Source of the DNA: Eledone cirrhosa
Taxonomy: Eukaryota
Length of the DNA: 64,000 nt
Assembly: GCA_964016885.1 (NCBI GenBank)
Contig: OZ024744.1
Location: 44,454,001 to 44,518,000 of the forward strand
Reading direction: 5' to 3'
The first letter of the stretch is position 1, and each line of letters opens with the position of its first letter. Made by a program: the position numbers and the translations under genes. Positions 14,101 to 29,100 of this stretch are shown piece after piece. The notes beneath the pieces are model-generated. The model did not search any database. It was given only the letters and a program-made list of their open reading frames with translations, and was not told where the DNA came from.

Positions 14101-17100
14101 TGTAATACTATATTGGTAGCTAACATATGGTGTAATACTAGTAGTGTTAACTAACATATGGTGTAATACTATTATTGTTAACTAACATTTGGTGTAATAT
14201 TAGATTTGGTTACTAACAGATGGTGTGATACTAGTATTCGTAACTAACAGATGATGTAATACTAGTATTGGTAAACAAAAGATGGTGTAGTACTAATTTT
14301 TGTAACTAATAGATAGTGTAATACTGGTATTCTAACTAACAGATGGTCTAATACTAATATTAGGTAAATAACAGAGGGTTTAATGTTAGTATTGGTAACT
14401 AACAGATAGTGTCATATTAGTATTGCTAACTAACATATAGTGTAAAGCTAGTATTGGTAACTAACAGATTGTGTAATACTAGTATTGGTAAATAATAGAT
14501 GGTGTGATACTAGTATTGGTAACAAAACAATGCTTTAGTACTAATATTGGTAACTAACAGGTGGTGTAATACTAGTATTGTAAACTAACAGATGGTGTAG
14601 TACTATTATTGGTAACTAACAGATGGTGTAGTACTACTATTTGTAGTTAACAGTTACTAGGAGTGGTAACTAACAGATGGTGTAATACTAGTATTGGTAA
14701 CTAACATATGGTGTAATACAAATATGTGTAACTAACAGATGGTTTAATGTTAGTATTTGTAAATAACATATGGTGTAATACTAGTATTGGTAACTAACAG
14801 ATGGTTTAATGCTAGTATTGGTATTTAACAGATGGTGTAATACTAATATTGGTAACTAACAGATTGTGTAGTACTAGTTTTGGTAACTAACAAATGGTGT
14901 AATACTAGTATTCTAATTAACAGACGTAATAATAATATTGGTAACTAAAAGATCGTGGAATAATAGTATTGTTAAATAACAGATGGTGTAGTACTTGTAT
15001 TGGTAACTAACAAAATGGTGTAGTACTAGTATTGGTAACTAACAAATGGTGTATTACTAGTATTGGTAACTAGCAGATAGTGTAAAGCTAGTATTGGTAA
15101 CTAAAAGATGGTGTAATAATAGTATTGTTAACTAACAGATGTTGTAGTACTAGTATTGTTAAATTACACATAGTTTAGTAATATTATTGGTAACTAAAAG
15201 ATGGTATAATACTAGTATTGGTAACTAACAGATGCTGAAATACTAATATTGGTAACTAACAGATTATGTAATACTAGTATTCATAGCTAACATATGGAGT
15301 AATACAGGTATTGGTATCTAACATTTGCTGTAATACTAGCATTGGTAACTAACTGATATTGTAATACTAATATTGGTAACTAACAGATGGTGTAATACTA
15401 GTATTCTAACTAACAGGTGGTGTAATACTAGTGTAGTACTACTTTTGTTAACTAACAGATTGTGTAATATTAATGTTGGTAACTAACAACTCGTGTAGTA
15501 CTAGTATTATTAACTAACAAATGGTATAGTAAAAATATTGGTAACTAACAGATGTTGTATCACTAGCATTGTTATGAAACAGATGGTGTAATACTAGTAT
15601 TGGTAACTAACAGATGGTGTAATATTAGTATTAGTAACTAACAAATGGTGTAATAGCAATATTGGTAACTAAAAGATGATTTAATGCTTGTATTGGTAAC
15701 TACAAGATAGTGTAATACTAGTATTGGTAACTAACATAGTGTAGTACTAGTATTGGTAACTAACAGATAGTGTAAAGCTAGTATTGGTAACTAACAGATG
15801 ATGTATACTAATATTGGTAACTAACAGATGGTGTAATACTAATATTGGTAACTAAAAGATGGTGTAACGCTAGTATTGGTAACTGACAAATGGAGTAATA
15901 ATATTATTCTAATGAACAGACGCTATAATACTAGCATTGGTAACTAACAGATGGTGTAGTACAACTATTAGTAGGTAAAATGGTGTAGTACTAGTAATGG
16001 TAACTAACATAAGATGTAATACTAGTATTGGTAACTACCAGATGTTGTAATACTAATATTGGTAACTAAAAGATGGTGTAGAACTAGTCTTGGTAACTAA
16101 CAGATGATGTAATATTAGTTTATGTATCTAACAGATCGTGTAGTACTACTATTGGTAACTAGCAGATTCGTGTAGTACTAGTATTGGTAGTTAACAAATA
16201 GTGTAATACTAGTTTGGTAACTAACAGATGGTGTATTACTAGTGTTGGTAGTTAACAGATGATGTAGTACTAGTTTTGGTAACTAACAGATGTAGTACTA
16301 GTATTGATAACTAACAGAAGGTGTAATACTAGTGTTGGTAACTAACATATGTTGTAATGTTAGTATTGGTAACTAACATATGATGTAATAATAGTATACT
16401 AACTAACCGATGGTGTAATAGTAATATGGGTATCTAATAGATGGTGTAATACTAGTATCGGTAACTAACAGATGTTGTAATCTAGTATTGTTAACCAACA
16501 GATGGTGTAGTACTAGTATTTGTTAATAACAGATAATGTAATGCTAGTAATGGTAACTAACAGGTGGTGTAATATTAATATTTGTAAATAGCAGATGTTC
16601 TAATATTATTATTCTAAGTAACAGATGATGTAATGATTATATTGGTAACTAACAGATGGTGTAGAACTAGTATTCTAACTAACAGATGGTGTAATACTAG
16701 TATTATTAACTAACACATGCTGTAGTACTTGTATTGGAAACTAATAGATGGTGTAATACAAGTAATGGTATATAATAGATGGTGTAGTACTAATATTGGT
16801 ATTTAACAGATGGTGTAATGCTAGATTTGGTAACTAACAAATGCAGAAATACTAGTATTCTAATTAACAGACGGTGTAATACTAGTATTGGTAACTAACA
16901 AATGGTGTTGTAAGAGTATTGGTAACTAACACATGGTGTAATTCTAGCTAACAGACGGTGTAATACTAGTATCGGTAACTAACAAATGCTGTAATACTAG
17001 TATTGGTAACTAACAGATGGTGTAGTACTAGTATTGTTAACAAACAGATAGTGTAGTACTAATATTGGTAACTAAGAGATGGTGTATGCTATGTTGGTGA

Positions 17101-20100
17101 GTATCAAATGGAGTAATACTAGTATTCTAATAAACAGACGGTGTAATACTAGTTTTGGCAACTAACAGATGGTGTAATACTAATACTGGTAACTAACAGA
17201 TGTGTAATTCTACACTTGTTAAGTAATAGATGGTGTAATACTAATATTGGTATCTAACAGATGGAGTAATACTAGTATTGGTAATTACCTGATGCTCTAA
17301 TACTAATATTGCTAACTAATAGATGGTGTAATACTAGTATTGTTAACTTACAGATGGCGCAGTACTAGTATTGGTAACTACCAGATGGTGTAACACTAGT
17401 ATTGGTAACTAAGAAATGGTGTAATACTAATATTGGTAACTAACATATGGTGTAATACTAGTATTCTAACTAACAGGTGGTATAATACTAGTGTAGTACT
17501 AATTTTGTTGACTAATAGATGGTGTAGTACTAGTATTGGTAACTAACAAATGGTGTAGTACTCATATTGGTAACTAACAAATGGTGTAGTACTAGTATTG
17601 TTAACTAACAAATGGTGTAGTACTAATATTGGTAACTAACAGATGGTGTAATACAAGTAGTATTAACTAACAGATAGTGTAGTACTATTATTGGAAACTA
17701 ATAGATGGTGTAATACTAGTATTGGTAACTAAAATATGGTGTAATACTAATATGTGTAACTAACAGATGGTGTAATACTAGTATTGGTAACTAACAGATA
17801 GTGTAATGCTAGTAATGGTATCTAACAGATGGTGTAGTACTAATATTGGTATTTAACAGATGGTGTAATGCTATTATTGGTAACTAACAAATGGTATAAT
17901 GCTAGTTTTGGTAGCTGTCAAATGGAGTAAGACTAGTATTCTAATTAACAGACTGTGTAATAATACTATTGGTAACTAACAGATGGTGCAGTACTAGAGG
18001 TGGTAACTAACATATGGTGTAGTACTAGTATTCGTAAGTAACATATGGTGTAATACTACTATAGGTAGCTAAAAGTTGGTGTAGTACTAGTATTGTTAAC
18101 GAACAAATGGTGTAATACTAGTATTGGTAACTATCATATGGAATAATAATAATAGTGGTAACTAAAAGAATGCTGTAATACTAGTATTCTTATTAACAGA
18201 TGGTGTAATACTAGTATTGGTAACTAACAGATGGTGTAGTACTCGTATTGGTAATTAATATTTGGTGTAAAACTAGTATTGGCAACTACCATATGGAATA
18301 ATAATAATAGTGGTAACTAAAAGAATGCTGTAATACTAGTATTCTTATTAACAGATGGTGTAATACAAGTATTGGTAGCTAACATATGGTGTAATGCTAA
18401 TTTTGGTAAGTAACAAATGGAGTAATACTAGTATTCTAATTAACAGACGGTGTAATACTAATATTGGTAATTAACAGATGGTGTAGTACTAATATGGGTA
18501 ACTAACAAATGGTGTAGTACTAGTATTGTTAACTAACAAATGGTGTAGTACTAACATTGGTAACTAACAGATGGTGTAATAGCAGTATTGTAACTAACAG
18601 ATGGGGTAATACTAGTATTAGTAACTAACAGATGGTGTAATAGTAATATTGATAACTCAAAATGGTTGAATGTTTGTATTGGTAACTAACAAATGGTGTA
18701 ATACTAATATTCAAAATAACAGACTGTGTAATACTAGTATTGGTAACTAACAAATGGTGTAGTCCTAATATTGGTAACTAACAGATGGTGTAATTCTAGT
18801 ATTGGTAACTAACAAATGGTGTAATACTAATATTGTTTACTAACTAATGGTGTAGAACTAGTATTGGTAACTAACAGATAGTGTAATGCTAGTAATGGTA
18901 TATAATAGATGGTGTAGTACTACTATAGGTATTTAACAGATGGTGTAATGCTAGATTTGGTAACTAACAAATGGAGTAATACTAGTATTCTAATTAACAG
19001 ACGGTGTAATACTAGTATTTGTAACTAACAATTGGTGTAGAAAGAGTATTGGTAACTAACACATGGTGGAATTCTAGCTAACAGACGGTGTAATACTAGT
19101 ATCGGTAACTAACAAATGGTGTAATACTAGTATTGGTAACTAACAGATGGTGTAGTACTGATATCGGTAAATAACAGATGATGTAATGCTAGTTTTGGTA
19201 AGTAACAAATGGAGTAATACTAGTATTATAATAAACAGACGGTGTAATACTAGTATTGGTAACTAAGAGATGGTGTAATACTAATACTGGTAACTAACAG
19301 ATGTATAATTCTAATATTGGTAACTAACAAATGGTGTAATAATAATATTGGTAAGTAATAGGTCTTGTAATACTATTATTCTAAATAACAGTTGGTTTAA
19401 TACTAATATTGGTAACTAACAGATGATGTAATACTAGTATTGGTAACTAACAGATGGTGTAATACTAATATTGTTTACTAACAGATGGTGTATGAATAGT
19501 ATTGGTAACTAACAAAATGATGTAGTACAAGTATTGGTAAATAACACATAGTTTAGTAATAGTTTTGTTAAGTAATAGATGGTGTAATACTACTATTGGT
19601 AACTAACAGATGGAATAATACTAGTATTGGTAATTACCTGATGCTCTATTACTAATATTGGTAACGAATAGATGGTGTAATACTAGTATTGTTAACATAC
19701 AGATGGCACAGTACTAGTATTGGTAACTACCAGATGGTGTAATACTAGTATTGGTAACTAAAAAATGGTGTAATACTAATATTGGTAACTAACATATGCT
19801 GTAATACTAGTATTCGAACTAACAAATGGTGTAGTACTCATATTGGTAACTAATAAAATGGTGTAGTACTAGTATTGTTAACTAACAAATGGTGTTGTAC
19901 TAATATTGGTAACTAACAGATGGTGTAATACTAGTAGTATTAACTAACAGATGGTGTAGTACTAGTATTGGAAACTAATAGATGGTGTAATACAAGTATT
20001 GGTAACTCACATATAGTGTAATACTAGTATTGGTGACTAACAGATGGTGTAATGCTAGTAATGGTATCTAACAGATGGTGTAGTACTAAAATTGATATTT

Positions 20101-23100
20101 AACAGATGGTGTAATTCTAGTATTGGTAATTAACGAATGGTGTAATGCTAGTTTTGGTAACTAACAAATGGAGTAATACTAGTATTCTAATTAACAGACG
20201 GTATAATACTAGTATTGGTAACTTACAAATGGTGTAGTAATAGTATAGGTAACTAACAGGTGGTGTATTACTAGTATTGGTAACTAACAAATGGTGTAAT
20301 GCTATTATTGGTAACTAACAAATGGTGTAATGCTAGCATTGGTAGCTGTCAAATGGAGTAAGACTAGTATTCTAATTAACAGACTGTGTAATAATACTAT
20401 TGGTAACTAACAGATGGTGCAGTACTAGAGTTGGTAACTAATATATGGTGTAGTACTAGTATTCGTAAGTAACATATGCTGTAATACTACTATAGGTAGC
20501 TAAAAGATGGTGTAGTACTAGTATTGTTAACTAACAAATGGTGTAATACTTGTATTGGTAACTACCAGATGGAATAATAATAATAGTGGTAACTAAAAGA
20601 ATGGAGTAATACTAGTATTGGTTACTAACAGATGGTGTAATGCAAGTAATGGTAACTAACAGACGGTCTAATACTATATTTGGTAACTAACAGATGGTGT
20701 AGTACTAATATTGGTAATTACAGATGCTGTAATGCTAGTATTGGTAACTAAGAGATGGTGTAATGCTAGTTTTGGTAAGTAACAGATGGTGTAATACCAA
20801 TATTAGTAACTAACAGATTGTGTAATTCTAGTTTTGGTAACTAGCAAATGGTGTAATATTAATATTGGTAAGTAGCAGTTGGTTTAATTCTATTATTTTA
20901 AGTAACAGATAGTGTAATACTAATATTGGTAACTAACAAATAGTGTAATACTAGTATTGGTAACTAACAGCTGGTGTAGTACTAGTACTACTAACTAACA
21001 TATGGTGTAGTCCTAATATTGGTAACTAAGAGATGGTGTAATTCTCGTATTGGTAACTAACAAATGGTGTAATACTAATATTGTTTACTAACAGATGGTG
21101 TAGAACTAGTATTGGTAACTAACAGATAGTGTAAAACTAGTGTTGGTAACTAACAGATGGTGTAATACTATTACTGGTAACTAACAGATGGTGTAATACT
21201 AATATTGGTAACTAGAAGTTGGTGTAATGCTAGTATTGGTATATGACAAATGGAGTAATCCTAGTATTCTAATTAACAGAGGTGTTAATACTAGTGTTGG
21301 TAACTAACGGATGGTGCTGTACTTGTACTGGTAACTAACAGATGGTGTAATACTACTATTGGTAGATAAAAGATGGAGTAGTACTAGGATTGTTAACTAA
21401 TATATGGTGTAATACTAGTATTGGTAACTACCAGATGGAGTATTAGTAATATTGGTAACTAACAGAATGGTGTAATATTAGTATTCTTACTAACAGATGG
21501 TGTAATAGTAGTAATGTTAATTAACAGATGTTGTAGTACTAGTATTGGTAAATAACAGATGGTGTAATACTAGTATTGGTAACTAACAGATGGTGTAGTA
21601 TTAGTATTGGTAACTACCTGATGCTGTAATACAAATATTGGTAACTTATAGATGGTGGAATACTAGTATAGTTAACTGACAGATGGTGCAGTAATAGTAT
21701 TGTTAACTAACAGATGGTGTAACACTAGTAATGGTAACTGAGCAATGGTGTGGTACTAATATTGGTAACTAACAAATGGTGTAATACTAAGATTTGTAAT
21801 TAACAGATAGTGTAATACTAGTATTGGTAATTAACATATGGTGTAATACTAGTATTCTAAATAACAGACGGTGTAATACTAGTATTTGTAACTAACAGAT
21901 GGTGTAGTACTAGTATTGTTAACTAACAGATGGTATAATACTAATATTTGTAACTAACAGATGGCGTAATACTGGTATTGGTAACTAACAAATGGTGTAA
22001 TATTAATATTGGTAACTAACAGATGGTGTAATACTAGTATTCTAACTAACAGCTGGTGTAATAATAGTAATGGTAACTAAGAGACTAACAGATGGTGTAG
22101 TACTAGTATTGTTAACTAACAGATGGTATAATACTAATATTTGTAACTAACAGATGGCGTAATACTGGTATTGGTAACTAACAAATGGTGTAATATTAAT
22201 ATTGGTAACTAACAGATGGTGTAATACTAGTATTCTAACTAACAGCTGGTGTAATAATAGTAATGGTAACTAAGAGACTAACAGATGGTGTAGTACTAGT
22301 ATTGGTAACTAACAGATGGTGTAATACTAGTATTCTAACTAACAGATTGTGTACTTTTAATAGTGTTAACTAAGATGGTGTAATACTAGTATTCTAACTA
22401 ACAGGTAGTGTAAAACTAGTATTGGTAACTACAAATGGTGTAGTACTAATATTGGTAACTAACAAACGGTGTAGTACTAGTATTGTTAAATAACAAATGG
22501 TGTAGTACTAATATTTGTAACTAACAGATGGTGTGGTACTAGTATTTGAAACTAATAGATGGTGTAATACTAGTATTGGTAAATAACATATGGTGTAATA
22601 CTAATATGTGTAACTTACAGATGGTGTAATACTAGTATTGTTAACCAACAGATGGTGTAATGCTAGTAAAGGTATCTAACAGATGGTGTAGTACTAATAT
22701 TGGTATTTAACAGATGGTGTAATGATAGTATTGGTAAATAACAGATGGTGTAATGCTAGTTTGGGGAACTAACAAATAGAGTAATACTAGTATTCTAATT
22801 AACAGACGGTGTAATACTAATATTGGTAACTAACACATGGTGTAATTCTAGCTAACAGGCGGTGTAATACTAGTATTGGTAACTAACAAATGGTGTAATA
22901 TAAATATTGGTAATTAAAGATGGTGTAATGCTAGCATTGGTAGCTGACGAATAGAGTAATACTAGTATTCTAATTAACAGACTGTGTAATACTAGTATTG
23001 GTAACTAACAGATGGTGCAGTACTAGAGTTGGTAACTAACATATGGTGTAGTACAAGTATTCGTAAGTAATATATTGTGTAATATTACTATTGCTCGCTA

Positions 23101-26100
23101 AAAGATGGTCTAATACTAGATTTGGTAAATAACAGATGGTGTAGTACTAATATTGGTTACTAACAGATGGAGTAATAATAAAATTGGTAAATAACACATA
23201 GTTTAGTAATAGCATTGATAACTAACAGATGGTGTTATACTAGTATTGGTAACTAACAGATGATGTAATACTAATATTGGTAACTAGCAAATGTGGTAAT
23301 ACTATTATTGGTAGCTAACAGATGGTGTAATACTAATATTGGTAACTAACAATGGTGTAGTACTCGTATTGGTAACTAATATTTGGTGTAAAACTAGTAT
23401 TGGTTACTAACAGATGGTGTAATACTAGTATTGGTAACTAACAGATGGTCTAATACTAGATTTGGTAACTAACAGACGGTCTTGTACTAATATTGGTAAC
23501 TAACAGATGGTGTGATGCTAGAATTGGTAACTAACAGATGGTGTAATGCTAGTTTTGGTAAGTAACAAATGGAGTAATACTAGTATTCTAATTAACAGAT
23601 GGTGAAATACTAGTATTGGTAACTAACATATGGTTTAGTACTAATATTGGTAACTAACAAATGGTGTAGTACTAATATTGTTAACTAACAAATGGTGTAG
23701 TACTAGTACTGATAACTAACAGATGGTGTAGTCCGAATATTGGTAACTAACAGATGGTGTAATTCTAGTATTGGTAACTAAGAGATGGTGTAATGCTAGT
23801 TTTGGTAAGTAACAAATGGTGTAATACTAATATTGCTAAGAAACAGTTGGTGTAATTCTATTATTCTAAGTAACAGATGGTGTAATACTAATATTGGTAA
23901 CTAACAAATAGTGTAATACTAGTATTGGTAACTGACAGATGGTGTAGTACTAGTACTGATAAATAACAGATGGTGTAGTCCTAATATTGGTAACTAACAT
24001 ATGGTGTAATTCTAGTATTGGTAACTAACAAATGGTGTAATATTAATATTGTTTATTAAAAGATGGTGTAGAACTAGTATTGGTAACTAATAAAATGGTG
24101 TAGTACTAGTATTCGTAATTAACAGTGGTGTAATACTAGCACTGGTAATTAAGAGATAGTGTAAAGCTAGTATTGGTAACTAACAGATGGTGTAATACTA
24201 GTATTGGTAACTAACAGATGGTGTAATACTAATATTGGTAACTAAAATATGGTGTAATGCTAGTATTGGCAAATGACAAATGGAGTAATACTAGTATTCT
24301 AATTAACAGAGGTGTTAATACTAGTATTGGTAACTAACAGATGGTGCTGTACTAGTACTGGTAACTAACAGATGGTGTAATACTACTATTGGTAGCTAAA
24401 ATATGGTCTAGTACTAGTATTGTTAACTAAAATATGGTGTAATACTAGTATTGGTAACTAACATATGGTATAATACTAGTATTCTAAATAACAGATGGTG
24501 TAGTACTAGTATTGGTAACTAACAAATGATGTTGTATTAGTATTGCTAACTAAAAGCCGGTGTAGTACTAGTATTGGTAACTAAGTGATAATGTAATGCT
24601 AGTATTGGTAACTAACAGATGGTGTAATACTAGTATTGTTAACTAACAGATGGTATAATCCTAATGTTTGTAACTAACAGATGGCGTAATACTAGTATCG
24701 GTAACTAACAAATGGTGTTATATTAATATTGGTAACTAACAGATGGTGTAATGTTAGTATTGGTAACTAACAGATAGTGTAATAAAAGTATTGGTAACTA
24801 AAAGTATTGGTAACTAATACTAGTATTCGAACTAACAGCTGATGTAATAATAGTAATGGTAACTAACAGATGGTGTAGTACTATTATTGGTAACTAACAG
24901 ATGGCGCAATACTAGTATTGGTAATTAACATATAGTGTAATACTAATATTAGTAACTAACAGATGGTGTATTGTTAGTATTGGTAACTAACAGATATTGT
25001 AATAAAAGTATTGGTAACTAACATGTGCTGTAATACTAATATTGGTTACTAACAGATGGAGTAATACTAGTATTGGTAGTTAACAGATGGTGTAATACTA
25101 GAATTAGTAATTAACAGGTGGTGTAATACTCGTATTGGTAACTAACAGATGCTGTAATACTAATATTGGCAACTAACAGATGGTGTAATACTAGCATTGG
25201 TAATTAACACATGGTATATTATTAATATTGATAAGTAACAGATAGAATAATACTCTTATTATAAGTAACAGATGGTGTAATACTAATATTGGTAAGTATT
25301 AAATGGTGTAATACTCTTATTCTACGTAACAGATAGTGTAATACTAGTATTGGTAACTAACGAAAATGGTGTAGTACTAGTATTGGTAACTAACACATAG
25401 TGTTATCTAGTATTGGTAACTAACAGATGATGTAATACTAATATTGGTAGCTAAAAATATTGATATGCTAGTATTGGTAACTGACAAATGGTGTAATACT
25501 AGTATTGGTAACTACCAGATTGAGTAATACTAATATTGGTAACTAAAAATGGTTTAATGTTTGTATTGATATCTAACAGATGGTGTAATACTAGTATTCT
25601 AAATAACAGACGATGTAATAATAATATTGGTAACTAATAATTGGTGTAGTACTACTATTCGTAACTAATAGATGGTGTAGTACTAATATTGGTAACTAAC
25701 AGATGGAGTAATGCTAGTTTTGGTAAGTAACAAATTCAGTAATACTAGTATTCTAATTAACAGACAGTGTAATGCTAGTATTGGTAACTAACCGATGCTG
25801 TAATACTAATATTGGTAACTAACAGATTGTGTAATACTAGTATTGGTAACTAACAGATGGTGTAGAACTAGTAGTGGTAACTAACAAAATGGTGTAGTAC
25901 TAGTATTGGTAAATAACAAATGGTGTAGTACTAGTATTGGTAACTAACAGATTGTGTAAAGCTGGTATTGGTAACTAACAGTTGCTGTAATACTAATATT
26001 GGTAACTAACAGATGGTGTAATATTAATAGTGGTAACTAAAAGATGGTGTAATGCTAGTATTGGTAAATGACAATTGGAGTAATACTAGTATTTTAATAT

Positions 26101-29100
26101 ACAGAGGGGTTAATACTAGTATTGGTAACTAACAGATAGTGCTGTACTAGTATTGGTAACTAACAGATGGTGTAATACTACTATTGGTAGTTAAAAGATG
26201 GTGTAGTACTAGTATTGGTAACTAACATGTGTTGTAATAGTAGTATTGGTAATTAACAGAAGGAGTAATACTAATATTGGAAACTAACAGAATGGTGTAA
26301 TACTAGTATTTTTACTAACATATGTTGTAATACTATTATTGTTAACTAACAGATATTGTGGTACTTGTATTGTTAACTAATATATGGTGTAATATTAGAA
26401 TTGGTAACTAACAGATGGTGTAATACTAATATTGCTATCAAACAGATTCTGTAATAATAGTATTGATAACTAACATATGTTCTAATACTAATATTTGTAA
26501 GTAACAGATGGTGTAATACTTGCATTGGTAACCAACAAATGGTAAATTATTAATATTGGTAAGTAACAGATGGAATAATACTCTTATTCTAAGTACAAGG
26601 TGGTGTAATACTAATATTGGTAAGTAACAAATGGTGTAATACTCTTATTCTAAGTACAAGATGGCGCAATACTAGTATTGGTAACTAACAAAAATGGTGT
26701 AGTACTAGTATTGGTAACTAACAGATGGTGTAATACTAATATTGGTAACTTAAATATGGTGTTATGCTAGTATTGGTAACAGACAAATGGAGTAATACTG
26801 ATATTGGTAACAAACAGATGGCGTAATACTAGTATTGGTAACTACCTGATGCTGTAATACTAATATTGGTAACTTATAGATGGTGTAATACTAGTATTAG
26901 TAACTAATAGATGGTGTAATAGTAATATTGGTAACTAACGGATGGTGTAGTACTAGTATTGGTAACTAACATATAATGTAATGCTAATATTGGTAACTAA
27001 CATATGGTGTAATACTAGTAGTGTTAACTAACAGATGGTGTAATACTAATATTGGTAACTAATATATGGCGTATTACTAGTATTGGTAACTATCAAATGG
27101 TGTAATATTAATATTGGTAACTAACAGATGTTGTAATGGCAGAATTGATAACTAACAATTGGTGTAATACTAGTATTCTAACTAACAGATGGTGTAATAC
27201 ACTTATTGTTAACTAACAGATTGTATAGTACTTTGTAACTAAAATATGTTGTAACAAATGGTGTAATGTTAGTATTGGTAACTGACAGATAGTGTAATAC
27301 TAGTATTGGTAACTAACAGATGGTGTCACGCTTGAATTGTTATGTAACAGATGGGGTAGTATTAGTATTGGTAACTAACAAATTGTGTAGTACTATTATT
27401 GGTAACTAACAAATGGTGTAATACTAGTATTGCTAACTAACATATGGAATAATACTAGTACTGGTAGCTAACAGATTGTGTAATACTAGTATTAGTAGCT
27501 AACAGATGGTGTAATACTAGTATTGATAACTAACAGAAGCTGTAATACTAATATTGGCAACTAACAGATGGTGTAATACTAGCATTGGTAACTAACAAAT
27601 CGTATATTATTAATATTGGTAAGTAACAGATGCAATAATACTCTTATTCTAAGTAACAACTGGTGTAATACTAATATTGGTAAGTAACAAATGGTGTAAT
27701 ACTCTTATTCTAAGTACAAGATTGTGCAATACTAGTATTGGTAATTAACAAAAATGTTGTAGTACTAGTATTGGTAAGTAACAGATAGTGTAAAGCTAGT
27801 ATTGGTAACTAACAGATCGTATAATACTAATATTGGTGACTAAAAGATGGTGTTATGCTAGTATTGGTAACAGACAAATTGGTAATACTAATATTGGTAA
27901 CTAACAGATGGTGTAATACTAGTATTGGTAACTACTTGATGCTGTAATACTAATATTGGTAACTTATAGATGGTGTAATACTAGTATTTTTAACTGAATG
28001 ATGGTGCAGTACTAGTATTGTTAACTAACAGATGGTGTAATACTAGTATTTATAACTAACACGTAAAATAATGCTAGTATTGGTAACTAACAGATTGTGT
28101 GATTCTACTGATGGTAACTGATAAATGGAGTAATACTAATATTGGTAAATAACAGATGGTGTAGTTCTAGTATTGGTAACTAACATATGGTATAATACTA
28201 GTATTGGTAACTACCAGAGGGAGTAATACTAATATTGGTAACTAACAAAATGGTGTAATACTAGTATTCTTACTAATAGATGGTGTAATAGTAGTATTGT
28301 TAATTAACAGATGTTGTAGTATTGGTAAATAACACATAGTTTAGTAATAGTATTGATAACTATCAGATGGAGTAATTCTAGTATTGGTAACTAACAGATG
28401 GTGTAATACTGGTATTGGTATCTAACAGATGGTGTAATACTAGTATTGTAACTAACTGATGCTGTAATACTAATATTGGTATATAATAGATGGTGTAATA
28501 CTAGTATTGTTAACTGACAGATGGTGCAGTACTAGTATTGGTAAGTAACAGATGGTTTAATACTAGTATTGGTAACTAACAAATGGTGTAATAGTAATAT
28601 TGGTAACTAAAAAATGGTTTAATGCTTGTATTGGTAACTAACAGATGGCGTAATACTAGTATTGGTAACTAACAAATGGTGAAATATTAAAATTGGTAAT
28701 TAATATATGGTGTAATACTAATATTGGTAACTAATATATGGTGTAATGTTAGTATTGGTAACTAATAGATAGTGTGTAATACTAATATTGGTAATTAACA
28801 GAAGGTGTCATGCTAGAATTGGTATCTAACAGATGGTGTAGTACTAGTATTCGCAACTAACAAATTGTGTAGTACTATTGTTGGTAACTAACAAATGGTG
28901 TAATACTAGTATTGGTAACTAACATGTGCTGTAATACTAATATTGGTAACTAACAGATGGAGTAATACTAGTATTGGTATCTAACAGATGGTGTAGTACT
29001 AGTATTCGTAACTAACAAATTGTGTAGTACTATTGTTGGTAACTAACAAATGGTGTAATACTAGTATTAGTAACTAACAGATGGTGTAATACTAGTATTG